Positions 36,440 to 46,325 of a DNA stretch of 64,000 nt are shown piece by piece. Source of the stretch: an uncultured Ignavibacteriales bacterium. Its GTDB lineage: Bacteria; Zixibacteria; MSB-5A5; GN15; FEB-12. Made by a program: the position numbers and the translations under genes. Every line of letters begins with the position of its first letter. Position 1 is the first letter of the stretch. The DNA is taken from contig CAZAZQ010000001.1 in assembly GCA_964489705.1 (NCBI GenBank), positions 52,503 to 116,502 of the forward strand. The letters run 5' to 3'. Below the pieces are notes generated by a model that was given only the letters and a program-made list of their open reading frames with translations, searched no databases and had not been told where the DNA came from.

Positions 36440-38094
36440 CGTTTCACCACCTCAATCTTGAACTGCGTGTTCACCGGCGAGCGGGACTTCAAAAAAGCTT
36501 TCAGACGTTCCTGCAACAGGCTGACTTCATCATCGGAATGGAACGCTCGGGCTTCTATCGCCACCTTCACAACCACACATCGCCTCACTCCCCCGTCAAT
36601 CCGTTCGATTCCTTTTTCACAGGTTACCGAGCCGATGCGAGGGTCAAACGTGAGCGCCCATTTTTGTATTTCGGAAAAGGTCAAGGCTCGGTCACGATTC
36701 CGCAGCCGAATGGAGGCTTCGCGAATGATTTGTTCTTCCGTCATGGCTGGAATCGCCCCGGCGGTGGGAATAACATTTTCCACCGCCGCGATGCCGGGAT
36801 GGCTTTCGTACAGTTCGACAATTTTTCCCGCCGCAATCGCATTTGCAGCCGTACCGGCGGTCACGGCATAGGTAACGGAGAGAGAATCCGGCGGAGCTTC
36901 GATGGAAGCGGAAAAATCGAACCAGAGCACCAGCTTGCCGTTTCGCTCCTCCAAGGAGTAATAGCGCATCGTATCATCCGTCTGCATCTGTCCGATGCTC
37001 ATATACTCCCGACCGTGGGAATCGACCACCTCCGAAATTTCCAAAATTTCTTCCCGCGGCTCCGGGAGTTCCAATTCCACCAACCGGCTCCCGCCGGTAT
37101 GTTTGAAGAGCTTGAGCTCATTTTTGTTCACGGCGATAAAGCAATCGAAGCAAATATCAAACGGCGTGAAAAGCTTGCTCCTGTCACCCCCGGGAGGCAA
37201 ATCGATACGCAGCCAATAGAGATTTTGCTCAAATGGGGTGGTATCGATTCCGCTTTTTTTCATGAGCCGGGACAACTCATCACTCAAAGGACCGGTTTCC
37301 CAGGTCACGGCAAACGATTCCGGAAGCAGGGCAAAACTGTCCTCCAACGGCTTGAACAGCTCGGCGCTCGTGCGCAACGCTCCCCAATCCCTGCCGTTTC
37401 CAGCGTCGACCACTTGTTCGATACCGCCGGACTTTCCGGGACAAAAGCCATTGTCTTCGTAAAAGTCGCCGCGATGTGAGCTAGGGAACCAGTACCCCCA
37501 TCGCAGTTGCTTTTGAACTTCCGGCGGAGCGTTCAAAAAAACGGTCGCGCCCGCCAAATCCGCCGGGTCACCGAGGTACTCGAAGGCGGCGTAAAGAGAA
37601 TTTTCATTCCCTGAAGTTTCTTTGAGGGGTGAAATCGACTTACTCCCGTCCGGGAGAGGGTTAATAATGGTTACGGTCTCCCCGAAACGCAGGAGAATAC
37701 CCACCCTGCGCAGGGAAAAGATTTTTTCCGTCTTGAGGGAGGAGAAAAAAAAAGTCTGCCCGCCTTCACGTTTTTCCTTGTAAAAAAAACGGACGTGCGG
37801 GTCAATTTCCACGACCGGATCAGCCGCTTGGCACCGCATGACCGTAAACGCCGGGACGGGCCAGCGCTTGCTTTCGGGGGAAAGCGCTTTTATCAATGCT
37901 CCGGTGGCAACTTCCCAGGTGCGGTCAATACGTTTATCTATTTTTGCCAGTTGGTCGGCATACAACTGAAGCAACATACGGACAATCGGATCGAGCCGTT
38001 CGGGGGACTCGGGGATTTGCGCATCCCAGGCTCGCAGTTGGCGATACATCTCGGTAAATATCTGTTCGGGAGAGCGTGATTTTTCCATAGTCAA
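36436..38094 (-). CDS. tssF: Probable T6SS baseplate protein TssF
   Basis: 552 aa between tssE and tssG. Assigned from size and synteny. Confidence 0.55.
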   Translation of the reverse strand: MTMEKSRSPEQIFTEMYRQLRAWDAQIPESPERLDPIVRMLLQLYADQLAKIDKRIDRTWEVATGALIKALSPESKRWPVPAFTVMRCQAADPVVEIDPHVRFFYKEKREGGQTFFFSSLKTEKIFSLRRVGILLRFGETVTIINPLPDGSKSISPLKETSGNENSLYAAFEYLGDPADLAGATVFLNAPPEVQKQLRWGYWFPSSHRGDFYEDNGFCPGKSGGIEQVVDAGNGRDWGALRTSAELFKPLEDSFALLPESFAVTWETGPLSDELSRLMKKSGIDTTPFEQNLYWLRIDLPPGGDRSKLFTPFDICFDCFIAVNKNELKLFKHTGGSRLVELELPEPREEILEISEVVDSHGREYMSIGQMQTDDTMRYYSLEERNGKLVLWFDFSASIEAPPDSLSVTYAVTAGTAANAIAAGKIVELYESHPGIAAVENVIPTAGAIPAMTEEQIIREASIRLRNRDRALTFSEIQKWALTFDPRIGSVTCEKGIERIDGGVRRCVVVKVAIEARAFHSDDEVSLLQERLKAFLKSRSPVNTQFKIEVVKR

Positions 38095-38133
38095 ATGCTG
38101 TTCTCAGTACCTTTTTACGTTCACACCTTTTCT

Positions 38134-38511
38134 TCAACCTAACGAATAACTCGCTTCGAACTTTTGCTCCTCGCCCTGCTCGTCACGATAATTTCCGCTC
38201 ACTTTGACAACAATCCCTAGAGCCCGCGGCTTGGCGGTATTCATCCCCACAAAGGAGACGGAAACATTGTACAACCGCTTTTCAAACTTATCGATGGCAT
38301 TTCGGAGATTGGCGCGGATCTCCGCTTTGTTGGCAACCACAATATCGGAGAACTCCTTCTCCCAAATTTCGCAGCCGTATTCCGGGGCAAACGGTAACAT
38401 GCCCGGACGCGTGCTCAACAACAACCCAACGGATAGCCGCAGGGACTCGAACAAATCGGTTCGGGGAAGGTAGCCGTTTCGGAAGATGAGAGGAAGCGCC
38501 AAGTATTCCAT
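38134..38511 (-). CDS. tssE: T6SS baseplate protein TssE (gp25-like)
   Basis: SLRLSVGLLLSTRPGMLPFAPEYGCEIWE is the GPW/gp25 core motif. 125 aa. Confidence 0.8.
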   Translation of the reverse strand: MEYLALPLIFRNGYLPRTDLFESLRLSVGLLLSTRPGMLPFAPEYGCEIWEKEFSDIVVANKAEIRANLRNAIDKFEKRLYNVSVSFVGMNTAKPRALGIVVKVSGNYRDEQGEEQKFEASYSLG

Positions 38512-38519
38512 ATCACCCG

Positions 38520-40289
38520 TCAGTTTATTTTCACCATGGTGCCTTTAATGGTTACGACAGCCCCGCCTTCAAGGGTAGCGTTGATTCCGGCTTTGATGTC
38601 GTAATTCATTCCCCCTTCACTCTTCAAATTTCCGCCCGCTTTTATTTTCATATCCTGACTGCTTTCCAGATTCATCGCCGCCGCCGACTTCACTTTGATA
38701 TCGCCGGACGTACTTTCCAAACTGATGGTCTTCCCTTTCAAACTGATGTCCCCCTCACTTTCAATCGTGATTTTGGGACCGTCCAACGAAAGGGTTATCG
38801 CATTTTTCTTATCTTTTTGGACGATGACGATAACTTCCGAACCGTCGGTATCATTGAAATAAATCTCATTGCCGCTCTTGGTGCGGAAGAGCTTCAAGTT
38901 GTTGTCCGAACCGCTCCATCCCACCGGGTGACCGTCCAACGGCGGGACATCTTTCCCGTTGTAGAGGCTCCCCAAAACGAGCGGCAAGTGCGGGTCGCCA
39001 TGCTCAAAGCCAACCACAACTTCGTCACCCACCTCCGGCAGACAGAAAAAGCCGCGCTTCTCTCCGGCGTGCGGAGTCAGCACCCGCACCCACATGACAG
39101 GCTGGGCAGGCAAACCTTCCTTAGTGTACCAAGGGAATTGTACTTTAATCCGTCCCAGTTTGTCGGGATCATCAGTATCCACCACCACGGCGACTTGAAT
39201 ATCAGTCAAGTGGGGAACGGAATAGCTTCGCTCCGGAAAAGCGATATCCAACGGGGTGCACGTGAAGGTGTTATGGTACTTGCCGCTTTCATCAAATGAA
39301 TGGACGACCGATTTTACCCAGTAAAGCCCGTCTAATTTGTCCATACCGGTAATCTTGACACAGCGCCCAATGGTCACCGCCGGGATAACCGATTCCCCTC
39401 GGCAGGTCACTATCTTCCCCACCGAACTCTCGCGAATCAACTCCAAGGTCTTGTCCAGATCCGCCTGACTGCCCGATTTCAAACCGGGAACAAAATGGGC
39501 GTCGGGGTAGAGCTTTTGCGAAGCTTCATACGAAATCTTCGACAGCTCGGACAAGGAAGTCCGCAACGCTCCCGAGGTGGTGCTTTCGTAGATTTCCTTT
39601 TTGGTATAATTAAAACTTTGAGCGCCGACTTTTTCGATGCCGGTGCCCAATCCCATGACAAATTCTCCCAATGACTCCCGCCAGACGAGCTCCTCGGTGC
39701 GAGAGCTGGAGGCTTTCCCGACGCAGAACTCTTTACCGTCGTAGTACGCAAACATGCCGCTGCTTGCCGCCAGTCGCATCAGGTAACCGTAGTCTGTTTC
39801 CCGGTACTGCACGCTGTACGCCAACGTTGCCGAGGCTTCCTCCACCGTTCCGATGGTAATGGGATACTTCCGTAAGACGGCGCTTATAATGTCGCCGGCA
39901 CGTTCCTCATGGTGGAGCGTGTTTTGCTTCGCTCCGTCAAGGGTAATGGTCGGACTATGGGCGGTAATCAAGACCGTATTTAACCCGTCGATGCTGTTGT
40001 CCAAGCTCACTTGGGTAACGACCCCGATAAACTCCAAAGAGCGGGACGAATCAACCATCCCGCCGATGGGAGTAATCGTCACCGCAATCGTTTTGCCCAG
40101 AAACGAGGCAAACACCGTCGGATCTTCAAAGTCCTTCTCCGCCGCCGCTTTTCCAAGCTGACGGAGACGAACCTTCAAGAGATGGTGAGTGTCGATATAC
40201 TGTTCCAACGAGACCGACGAGACATCGTGTTTTATCTCTTGGTCGTCGATGCGGATGGTACATTCCGCCGACGTTTGCAGGACTGCCAT
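38520..40289 (-). CDS. tssI: VgrG/TssI spike protein (gp27-gp5 fusion)
   Basis: RIKVQFPWYTKEGLPAQPVMWVRVLTPHAGEKRGFFCLPEVGDEVVVGFEHGDPHLPLVLGSLYNG (gp5 OB-fold), then a beta-helix-like repetitive C-terminus. Confidence 0.9.
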   Translation of the reverse strand: MAVLQTSAECTIRIDDQEIKHDVSSVSLEQYIDTHHLLKVRLRQLGKAAAEKDFEDPTVFASFLGKTIAVTITPIGGMVDSSRSLEFIGVVTQVSLDNSIDGLNTVLITAHSPTITLDGAKQNTLHHEERAGDIISAVLRKYPITIGTVEEASATLAYSVQYRETDYGYLMRLAASSGMFAYYDGKEFCVGKASSSRTEELVWRESLGEFVMGLGTGIEKVGAQSFNYTKKEIYESTTSGALRTSLSELSKISYEASQKLYPDAHFVPGLKSGSQADLDKTLELIRESSVGKIVTCRGESVIPAVTIGRCVKITGMDKLDGLYWVKSVVHSFDESGKYHNTFTCTPLDIAFPERSYSVPHLTDIQVAVVVDTDDPDKLGRIKVQFPWYTKEGLPAQPVMWVRVLTPHAGEKRGFFCLPEVGDEVVVGFEHGDPHLPLVLGSLYNGKDVPPLDGHPVGWSGSDNNLKLFRTKSGNEIYFNDTDGSEVIVIVQKDKKNAITLSLDGPKITIESEGDISLKGKTISLESTSGDIKVKSAAAMNLESSQDMKIKAGGNLKSEGGMNYDIKAGINATLEGGAVVTIKGTMVKIN

Positions 40290-40366
40290 AATTTCTTTCC
40301 GATGAAGGTACCGCCCGGCGCCGGGTAAGAATCACTTTCCTCCCGGCGCCGGTACCGACGCTTCGG

Positions 40367-40777
40367 TTATTCTTCCCAACGGTTATCTATTTCCGCATCA
40401 CCCACGCTGAGCTTGTGGCAGGAGATTTCGAAATACTGGTAAATCTGGTCATCCGGCCGTTCTTTCACGTGGGGGATGTGCTCTTCAAATTTGGTGATAA
40501 ACCCTTCCTCCCACTTCAATTCTTTCATCGTGGCATCGTCGGGATTCTTGAAGGTCACTTTTCCCGATTTCCAATTCGGTTTGCTGGTATCCATCGCCCA
40601 CCGGGCAATGTCGACGTTCCCATCCGGATCGGACTCGATTTTTATCTTAATCGTTCCGGCGTGGGCGCGGTCGGTCGGACGCCCGGTTTCATCTTTGGCG
40701 GTGTAGAGCTCGTACGAGACCTCATACACGTTTTTGTACGTGACCCCATCAATTTCAAGAACTGGTCGTCGTGCCAT
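40367..40777 (-). CDS. tssD: Hcp tube protein, Bacteroidota TssD-like type
   Basis: 136 aa. EVSYELYTAKDETGRPTDRAHAGTIKIKIES...GKVTFKN...MKELKWEEGFITKFEE...IDNRWEE parallels Bacteroides TssD as I recall it. Confidence 0.75.
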   Translation of the reverse strand: MARRPVLEIDGVTYKNVYEVSYELYTAKDETGRPTDRAHAGTIKIKIESDPDGNVDIARWAMDTSKPNWKSGKVTFKNPDDATMKELKWEEGFITKFEEHIPHVKERPDDQIYQYFEISCHKLSVGDAEIDNRWEE

Positions 40778-40906
40778 CGTTTCACTCCTTTAATTTTTTG
40801 TTTCGAGTAGGTATTCGGTATACTTCTTCTTTCTTTGCTGTTCCACCGTCGTCTCTCCCTTTGGACACAGCAAAAGGAGAAAACACACCCGCAACATCCG
40901 AAGCGG

Positions 40907-42337
40907 TTACTTATCCTTCACCTTCGTCTGGTTGTCTTCGTTCCAGGCGATGAATTCGATGTTGAAGGTACGAGCCGGATACTTCGGATTCAAAGACACC
41001 TTGATGTCGATTTCCTGCCGCTTGCGCATCTCTTCATCGGCGAAGATTTCGACCTTGTAGTCTTGCAGGATGTTGTCCCCGCCGGTAATCGCCTTCATAA
41101 ACTTGTCGATATCCCGGCGCATGGTGTCGATGAACTTCTGGTCAATCACGGAGAAGGTCTGCTTGTTCAGGTAATTCCGCAAAGTTTTATAAACGTAATC
41201 GTAGGTGCGGCGGATGGAGTAAACGTTGAACGTCTCCTTAGTGTACAAAGTCGACGCTCCCATCGCGACAACCGCTCCTTCGAAGTTGACCATCGGATTG
41301 ACGCCTTTTTCGTTAATCTTGCTCGCATCCGGCTGGTTGGCTTTGAAACGCAGGTACTTCGCGTCGGCGATTTTTCCGTGCTTAAAGCCTGCCATCGGCT
41401 GCTGCATCCCGACCGTCACATCGCCTTGATACATCTTGCCGGCAACAGCGGCTGACGGAGGAATCCACATATCTTCATCCTCGTACTGATTGGCGCTGCG
41501 TGCAAGAATGTAATTGGCAAACACCGACACATACTGCTTGTAAGTGTCGATACCGGGGAGGTTTGCATACGCCGGATCTTCGAGCATATCCATCACTTCC
41601 TCGAACTTCTCGAAGTTCGGCAGGTCGGTCATGATGTGAATCTTGTTGGGAAGTCCCAGTTGTCGGGCGACGGTGTCGATGTTTTCGACACTGCCCAGAT
41701 AACCGGGGATGACCGCCATCGAGAAGCAGTCCTTGATGCTCCACTCGCGATAAAGATCGGAAACCGCTTTGGTCAGCTCTTCGAACTTCTCTCGGTCGTC
41801 GGGATCGGTCAGCTCCTCGGCACTGATATTGGCAAACCACGCATTGACTTTCTCGTCCGGCTCCTGTTGCGCGTTGGCAAAGAACTTGTCAATCGCTCGA
41901 TAGGTTGCCTCCAGCTCGCGGCTCGCCTGATGCACCTTCTTCATGTTCTTCTCGAGGTTGGCTTCCAGCTTGGTCGCCTGCTCGTTGAGGCTCTTACGGA
42001 TTTCATCGATGTCGTCCGAACGAGACAGATTGTCCACCCACACTTTGAGGCGCTCCCGGAGGAGCTTGCGCTGGGTGGCGAAATCTTTTTTGGTCAAAAA
42101 TTCTTTGCGCTGGAAATCTTTCTTCGGGTCCAGCCATTCTATCCCGCGAACCAGATCCCCGTCAGCCGTTTTGAACGAGGGGAGTAACGTCGCCAACTTG
42201 CTGAAGTCTCCGAACGAATCGCTCAGAATGGCGGCAAACTCTTCCTCAGAGACCTTCTCAGCGACGGCTTCTTCTTTTTTGGCTTCGACAGCTTCTTCCG
42301 CCTGCGGTTGCATCTGATTTTTTTCTTCTTCACCCAT
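40907..42337 (-). CDS. tssC: Contractile sheath large subunit TssC
   Basis: 476 aa directly after tssB. Acidic N-terminus, then a conserved-looking core (VIPGYLG, GFKHGKI, NPMVNFEG). The position between tssB and hcp supports the call. Confidence 0.7.
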   Translation of the reverse strand: MGEEEKNQMQPQAEEAVEAKKEEAVAEKVSEEEFAAILSDSFGDFSKLATLLPSFKTADGDLVRGIEWLDPKKDFQRKEFLTKKDFATQRKLLRERLKVWVDNLSRSDDIDEIRKSLNEQATKLEANLEKNMKKVHQASRELEATYRAIDKFFANAQQEPDEKVNAWFANISAEELTDPDDREKFEELTKAVSDLYREWSIKDCFSMAVIPGYLGSVENIDTVARQLGLPNKIHIMTDLPNFEKFEEVMDMLEDPAYANLPGIDTYKQYVSVFANYILARSANQYEDEDMWIPPSAAVAGKMYQGDVTVGMQQPMAGFKHGKIADAKYLRFKANQPDASKINEKGVNPMVNFEGAVVAMGASTLYTKETFNVYSIRRTYDYVYKTLRNYLNKQTFSVIDQKFIDTMRRDIDKFMKAITGGDNILQDYKVEIFADEEMRKRQEIDIKVSLNPKYPARTFNIEFIAWNEDNQTKVKDK

Positions 42338-42356
42338 TACCGTTCACCTCCCTTCC

Positions 42357-42797
42357 TCATTCGCTGAGAAGATCAATGTAGTAGCGTGCCGCCTTCAAGA
42401 GAGCCTCTTTCTTTTCTTTGTCTTTCAGAGCCTTCTTTAGGGCGTTGTTCTTTTTCAACTGCTTGTCCAGATCCGCCATCATTTCCTTCTGATAGTAGGT
42501 CCGCTGAAGCAACTCGTTCTTCTCAATCAGCTCCTTCGAAGTGAAGTCTTTCATCGAGCGAATCTCAAAAGTCGCCATGACCGGTTCCCCTTCCACCGTT
42601 TCCAACTCAGCGGAGAAGGAAGGACGGAACTTCTCGAACACTTCTTTGAGATTGTTGCATCTCACCGGCGTGACATCGGGATCTTCCTCGTTGTTCAAAC
42701 GCGCGATGTAGAGCAACTTGTTGGACGGGAGGAGCTCTACGGGTACCGAATCGTCTCGCTGTACCCGCTCGGTTGCTCCAAGAATGAATTTCGCCAT
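42357..42797 (-). CDS. tssB: Contractile sheath small subunit TssB
   Basis: 146 aa with PSNKLLYIARL...NLKEVFEKFRPSF..., a VipA/TssB-like layout, upstream of tssC. Confidence 0.7.
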   Translation of the reverse strand: MAKFILGATERVQRDDSVPVELLPSNKLLYIARLNNEEDPDVTPVRCNNLKEVFEKFRPSFSAELETVEGEPVMATFEIRSMKDFTSKELIEKNELLQRTYYQKEMMADLDKQLKKNNALKKALKDKEKKEALLKAARYYIDLLSE

Positions 42798-42825
42798 CTA
42801 TGCCTCCAATCGGCTAAAACACACG

Positions 42826-43929
42826 TTACTTCTTTTCTTCTTCTTCTTTGACAAACACATAGCTGTCGTCTTGTACCTCGATACGAAGACGATCGCCGGG
42901 GGATATGGTGCCGGTGATAATCTCCACCGACAATTTATTAATAATATCCTTTTCAATTATTCGCTGGATAGGCCGAGCTCCCAATTCGGGAGTATAGCCG
43001 TCCCGCGCCAGCTTGCTGCGAGCTTCCGGACTCAAGGTGGCAGTGATGTTTTGATCTTTCAAGAGGGAGGAAATCTGCTCAAACTCCAAACCGGCGATGA
43101 CTTCTACTTGCTCTTGCGTGAAGGAATGATACACGATAATATCATTCAACCGATTGAGAAATTCGGGACGGAACTTGGAAAAGAGAAAACTGCGCACTTC
43201 TTCCATATTGACTTCTCTGCCCTCGCGGTCGGCTTCGAGAATCTTATCCGCCGCATAATTCGATGTCAGGACGACGATACAGTTGGAAAAATCCACCGTC
43301 CGGTTCTGTCCGTCAGTCAATCGTCCGTCGTCAAGCAGTTGCAAAAGCACGTTAAACACGTCCGGATGAGCTTTTTCGACTTCATCAAATAATACAATGG
43401 AAAACGGCTTCCGTTTCACCGCTTCCGTGAGCACACCGCCTTCTTCGTAGCCGACGTACCCCGGCGGAGCGCCTATCATTTTCGCCACCGAGTGCGGTTC
43501 CATAAACTCCGACATATCCAGCCGCACCATAGCGTTCTTGTCGTCAAAGAGAAACTCCGCCAGCAACTTGGGGAGGTACGTCTTCCCGGTGCCGGTAGGT
43601 CCGAGGAACAAAAACGACCCTACCGGACGGTTCGGCAGTTTCAACCCGGCGCGGGCTTTGCGGATGGCGTTCGCCACGCTCTTAATCGCTTTCTCTTGAC
43701 CGACAATTTTCGAGGAAAGGAACGACTCCATATTGATGAGGCGGTCTTTTTCCGCCGTCAGCATTTTCGACAACGGAATACCGGTACGCCGAGCCACTAC
43801 CGCTGCGACATCGGAATCGTCAATGGTCGGCTCGAGCGATTCCACCACCGCCTTCAAGGATTGAAAGCGTTCTTTCTTCTGTTGGAAATCCTGTTTCAGC
43901 TCTTCAAGATTCATTCTTTCCGGTATCAT
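42826..43929 (-). CDS. tssH: ClpV/TssH C-terminal half (AAA+ module 2 plus C-terminal small domain)
   Basis: Walker A FLFLGPTGTGKT, Walker B IVLFDEVEKAH, sensor GARPIQR. The ATG overlaps the stop of the N-half ORF (ATGA). Confidence 0.85.
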   Translation of the reverse strand: MIPERMNLEELKQDFQQKKERFQSLKAVVESLEPTIDDSDVAAVVARRTGIPLSKMLTAEKDRLINMESFLSSKIVGQEKAIKSVANAIRKARAGLKLPNRPVGSFLFLGPTGTGKTYLPKLLAEFLFDDKNAMVRLDMSEFMEPHSVAKMIGAPPGYVGYEEGGVLTEAVKRKPFSIVLFDEVEKAHPDVFNVLLQLLDDGRLTDGQNRTVDFSNCIVVLTSNYAADKILEADREGREVNMEEVRSFLFSKFRPEFLNRLNDIIVYHSFTQEQVEVIAGLEFEQISSLLKDQNITATLSPEARSKLARDGYTPELGARPIQRIIEKDIINKLSVEIITGTISPGDRLRIEVQDDSYVFVKEEEEKK

Positions 43930-45380
43930 TCCGTCACTCCTGTCAAGGCGTCCACCCGATGTCCCCAGAGTTCTTGCAACCGATCCAAGCGGCGGGAGAA
44001 ATCCTCGTACGCGGTATGAAGTCGCTCAAACGCCTCGGCGTCCTCTTTGGGGTCTTTCCCTTCGCATGCCGCAATCAACTTTTCCACTTCCGTTATCTGC
44101 TCGGCAAGCTGCGGGACAATATCTTTGGCGAATTCCTCCTTCACGCTGAACTCGGAACCGGCTTCATCCACCAAATCAAGCGCCACGTCGGGCAGGTTCC
44201 GCTCACTGAGATAGCGGCGGGCGAACTTCACCGCTCCGACTATCGCTTCCTCGGTGTACGTAATCTTATGATGATCTTCATACTTGGACAAAACGCCGCG
44301 TATGATGCGCACCGCTTCTTCTTCATTCGGCTCTTCGACTTTGATTTTTTCAAAGCGCCGGTCGAGAGCTTTGTCCTTTTCGAGATACTTGGTGTATTCT
44401 TCTTCCGTGGTGGCACCGATAAGGCGGATTTGCCCGCGGGCAAGCGCCGGTTTTATCAAGTTGGCGGCATCCATTCCTCCGCCGCCGCTGCCCGCACCGG
44501 CGATGGTGTGAATCTCGTCTATGAAAAGGATTATCTTTCCGGCGGACTTGATGACCTCCCCCACCAGCGCCTTGAAGCGCTCTTCAAACTCCCCTTTATA
44601 CTTGGCACCGGCAATCATCGAGCCCATGTCGACTTCCATCACCTTCACCCCTTCCAGGGCTCTCGGCACTTTGCCGTCGACTACCGCTTGGGCGAATCCT
44701 TCGACGATAGCAGACTTGCCGACACCCGCTCCACCGACCAAGACGGGGCTGTTCTTCCGGCGCCGGAGGAGAATTTGAATCAACTGCTGCAATTCCTTCT
44801 CGCGCCCTATCATGGGGTCGAACTCGCCCGCCGCCGCTTGGTTTGTCAAATCCACACAGTAGCGAAGCGTTCCGGCAACCTCTTTCTTCTTCTCGCCGGC
44901 GGGCTTCCCTTCCGCCGGAGCGGCGGACGTTATTTCTTCAACCGATTTGCTCTCGGCAATAGCTTTGTAAATATCTTCCTTGGTGATATCGAGCTTATCG
45001 CGGAGGTAGGGAGCGAGCTTGGACTTAGGGTCGAAGATAGCAATGAAAATATGTTCCGGCTCTACCAAGGGGTCGTAGAGCTTGGCTTTTTCTTCAATCG
45101 CCTGAGTCAATACCTCCTGCACGGCAGGGCTGATACTGAGATTCTCCCGCGCTATCGACCGACTGGACTGCTCCTTCAAATACTCTTCCGTGGTCGCTTC
45201 GATAAAGGCGGCGCTTTTGCCCAGTTGATTGAGAATCGACTCCACCTCCGTCCCTTCGTGCCGCACCACGGCGATGAGGAGATGTTCTATTTCAATCTCC
45301 GGATGACGAAACGTTACCGCCACTTCCTTCGCATTTTTAATGATAACTCGTGAATCTGACGAATAATTGGCTATATCCAT
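43926..45380 (-). CDS. tssH: ClpV/TssH N-terminal half (Clp_N, AAA+ module 1, start of the coiled-coil middle region)
   Basis: Clp_N repeat [11 protein letters not shown], Walker [12 protein letters not shown], Walker B ILFIDEIH. It ends inside a coiled-coil segment. Confidence 0.85.
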   Translation of the reverse strand: MDIANYSSDSRVIIKNAKEVAVTFRHPEIEIEHLLIAVVRHEGTEVESILNQLGKSAAFIEATTEEYLKEQSSRSIARENLSISPAVQEVLTQAIEEKAKLYDPLVEPEHIFIAIFDPKSKLAPYLRDKLDITKEDIYKAIAESKSVEEITSAAPAEGKPAGEKKKEVAGTLRYCVDLTNQAAAGEFDPMIGREKELQQLIQILLRRRKNSPVLVGGAGVGKSAIVEGFAQAVVDGKVPRALEGVKVMEVDMGSMIAGAKYKGEFEERFKALVGEVIKSAGKIILFIDEIHTIAGAGSGGGGMDAANLIKPALARGQIRLIGATTEEEYTKYLEKDKALDRRFEKIKVEEPNEEEAVRIIRGVLSKYEDHHKITYTEEAIVGAVKFARRYLSERNLPDVALDLVDEAGSEFSVKEEFAKDIVPQLAEQITEVEKLIAACEGKDPKEDAEAFERLHTAYEDFSRRLDRLQELWGHRVDALTGVTE

Positions 45381-45602
45381 ATAACCGCTTTTCAGTTTAT
45401 GGCTTCGGCTTGCCGTTCACATTTTCCTGGTACTCAATAAGCACCGCTGCAGAAACTCCCGGCTGGTACTATTGAGCCATTTTCCCGCAAAAGTCAACAA
45501 TTATATTATCGGCATTATCCCCCAAAATAACAACCCTTTATCGCATGAAAGGCGAATTTTTCCATGCGACCCTTTTTCGAGTGCGAACGAAATGCGACGA
45601 GC

Positions 45603-46325
45603 TCACAGCTCCTCTTCCAGCTCTTCCAACGCCTGCCACTTTTTTGTCTTCACCGCCCGTTCAATCTCCGCATCGCGCTCTTTGTCCGACATATTGAGAA
45701 ACGCCTCGACGTTCACCAAGTGGGTTTCCTCATCCTCCAAAGCAAAGAGCTTCCGCATCATCAAATAGGCTTTGTCGCACACCCGCTGGGTCACCGGCTC
45801 TTCCTCTATCTCCACAGCCATCACTTTCGGCTCGACCACGGTGGTGTCTTTGAGCATTTCGTCAAGTATCTTGACGAGGCGAGCTCGGTCGGCAAGATGA
45901 AGGTCTACCGCCAATTCCATCTCCCACACCGCATCCTCGGGATTCGAGAGGTCGATTTTTTCCACCAGCGGTTCAAAAGCGAGATGTTCAAGCTCAAGCA
46001 GCACCGCGGCGGCATTCTCGCGGTCTTTTTTATCCTTCGAGTGGAGAAGGTCTACTATCTTCCGAGGTTCTTTCAAAGACTTTTCCCGCACCCGTTGTGC
46101 CAAGCTCTCGAGCGCTTGGACATCGTCGGGATCCAGCTCGTGAACGGCGGTTTCAATTCTTTTGTACACCACGTTATCTTCCTTTTTATGATTTTCACTG
46201 CACCCTAAACCGATTATGCTTATTAAAAGCACACCAAACATTGAAAGGACATAGCCCCTTCGCATTTCCAGATTGAAAGGTAACTTTGTCCTTTTCCCTG
46301 TCTTAGCCATTCTTTCCCCATTCAA
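45603..46325 (-). CDS. Alpha-helical lipoprotein, unknown function (candidate immunity protein or TssJ-like anchor)
   Basis: Lipobox LISIIGLGC-S, then an acidic helical body. The ATG at 46325 overlaps the upstream stop. An alternative start at 46265 (MRRGYVLSMFG...) gives a cleaner signal peptide. Confidence 0.55.
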   Translation of the reverse strand: MNGERMAKTGKRTKLPFNLEMRRGYVLSMFGVLLISIIGLGCSENHKKEDNVVYKRIETAVHELDPDDVQALESLAQRVREKSLKEPRKIVDLLHSKDKKDRENAAAVLLELEHLAFEPLVEKIDLSNPEDAVWEMELAVDLHLADRARLVKILDEMLKDTTVVEPKVMAVEIEEEPVTQRVCDKAYLMMRKLFALEDEETHLVNVEAFLNMSDKERDAEIERAVKTKKWQALEELEEEL

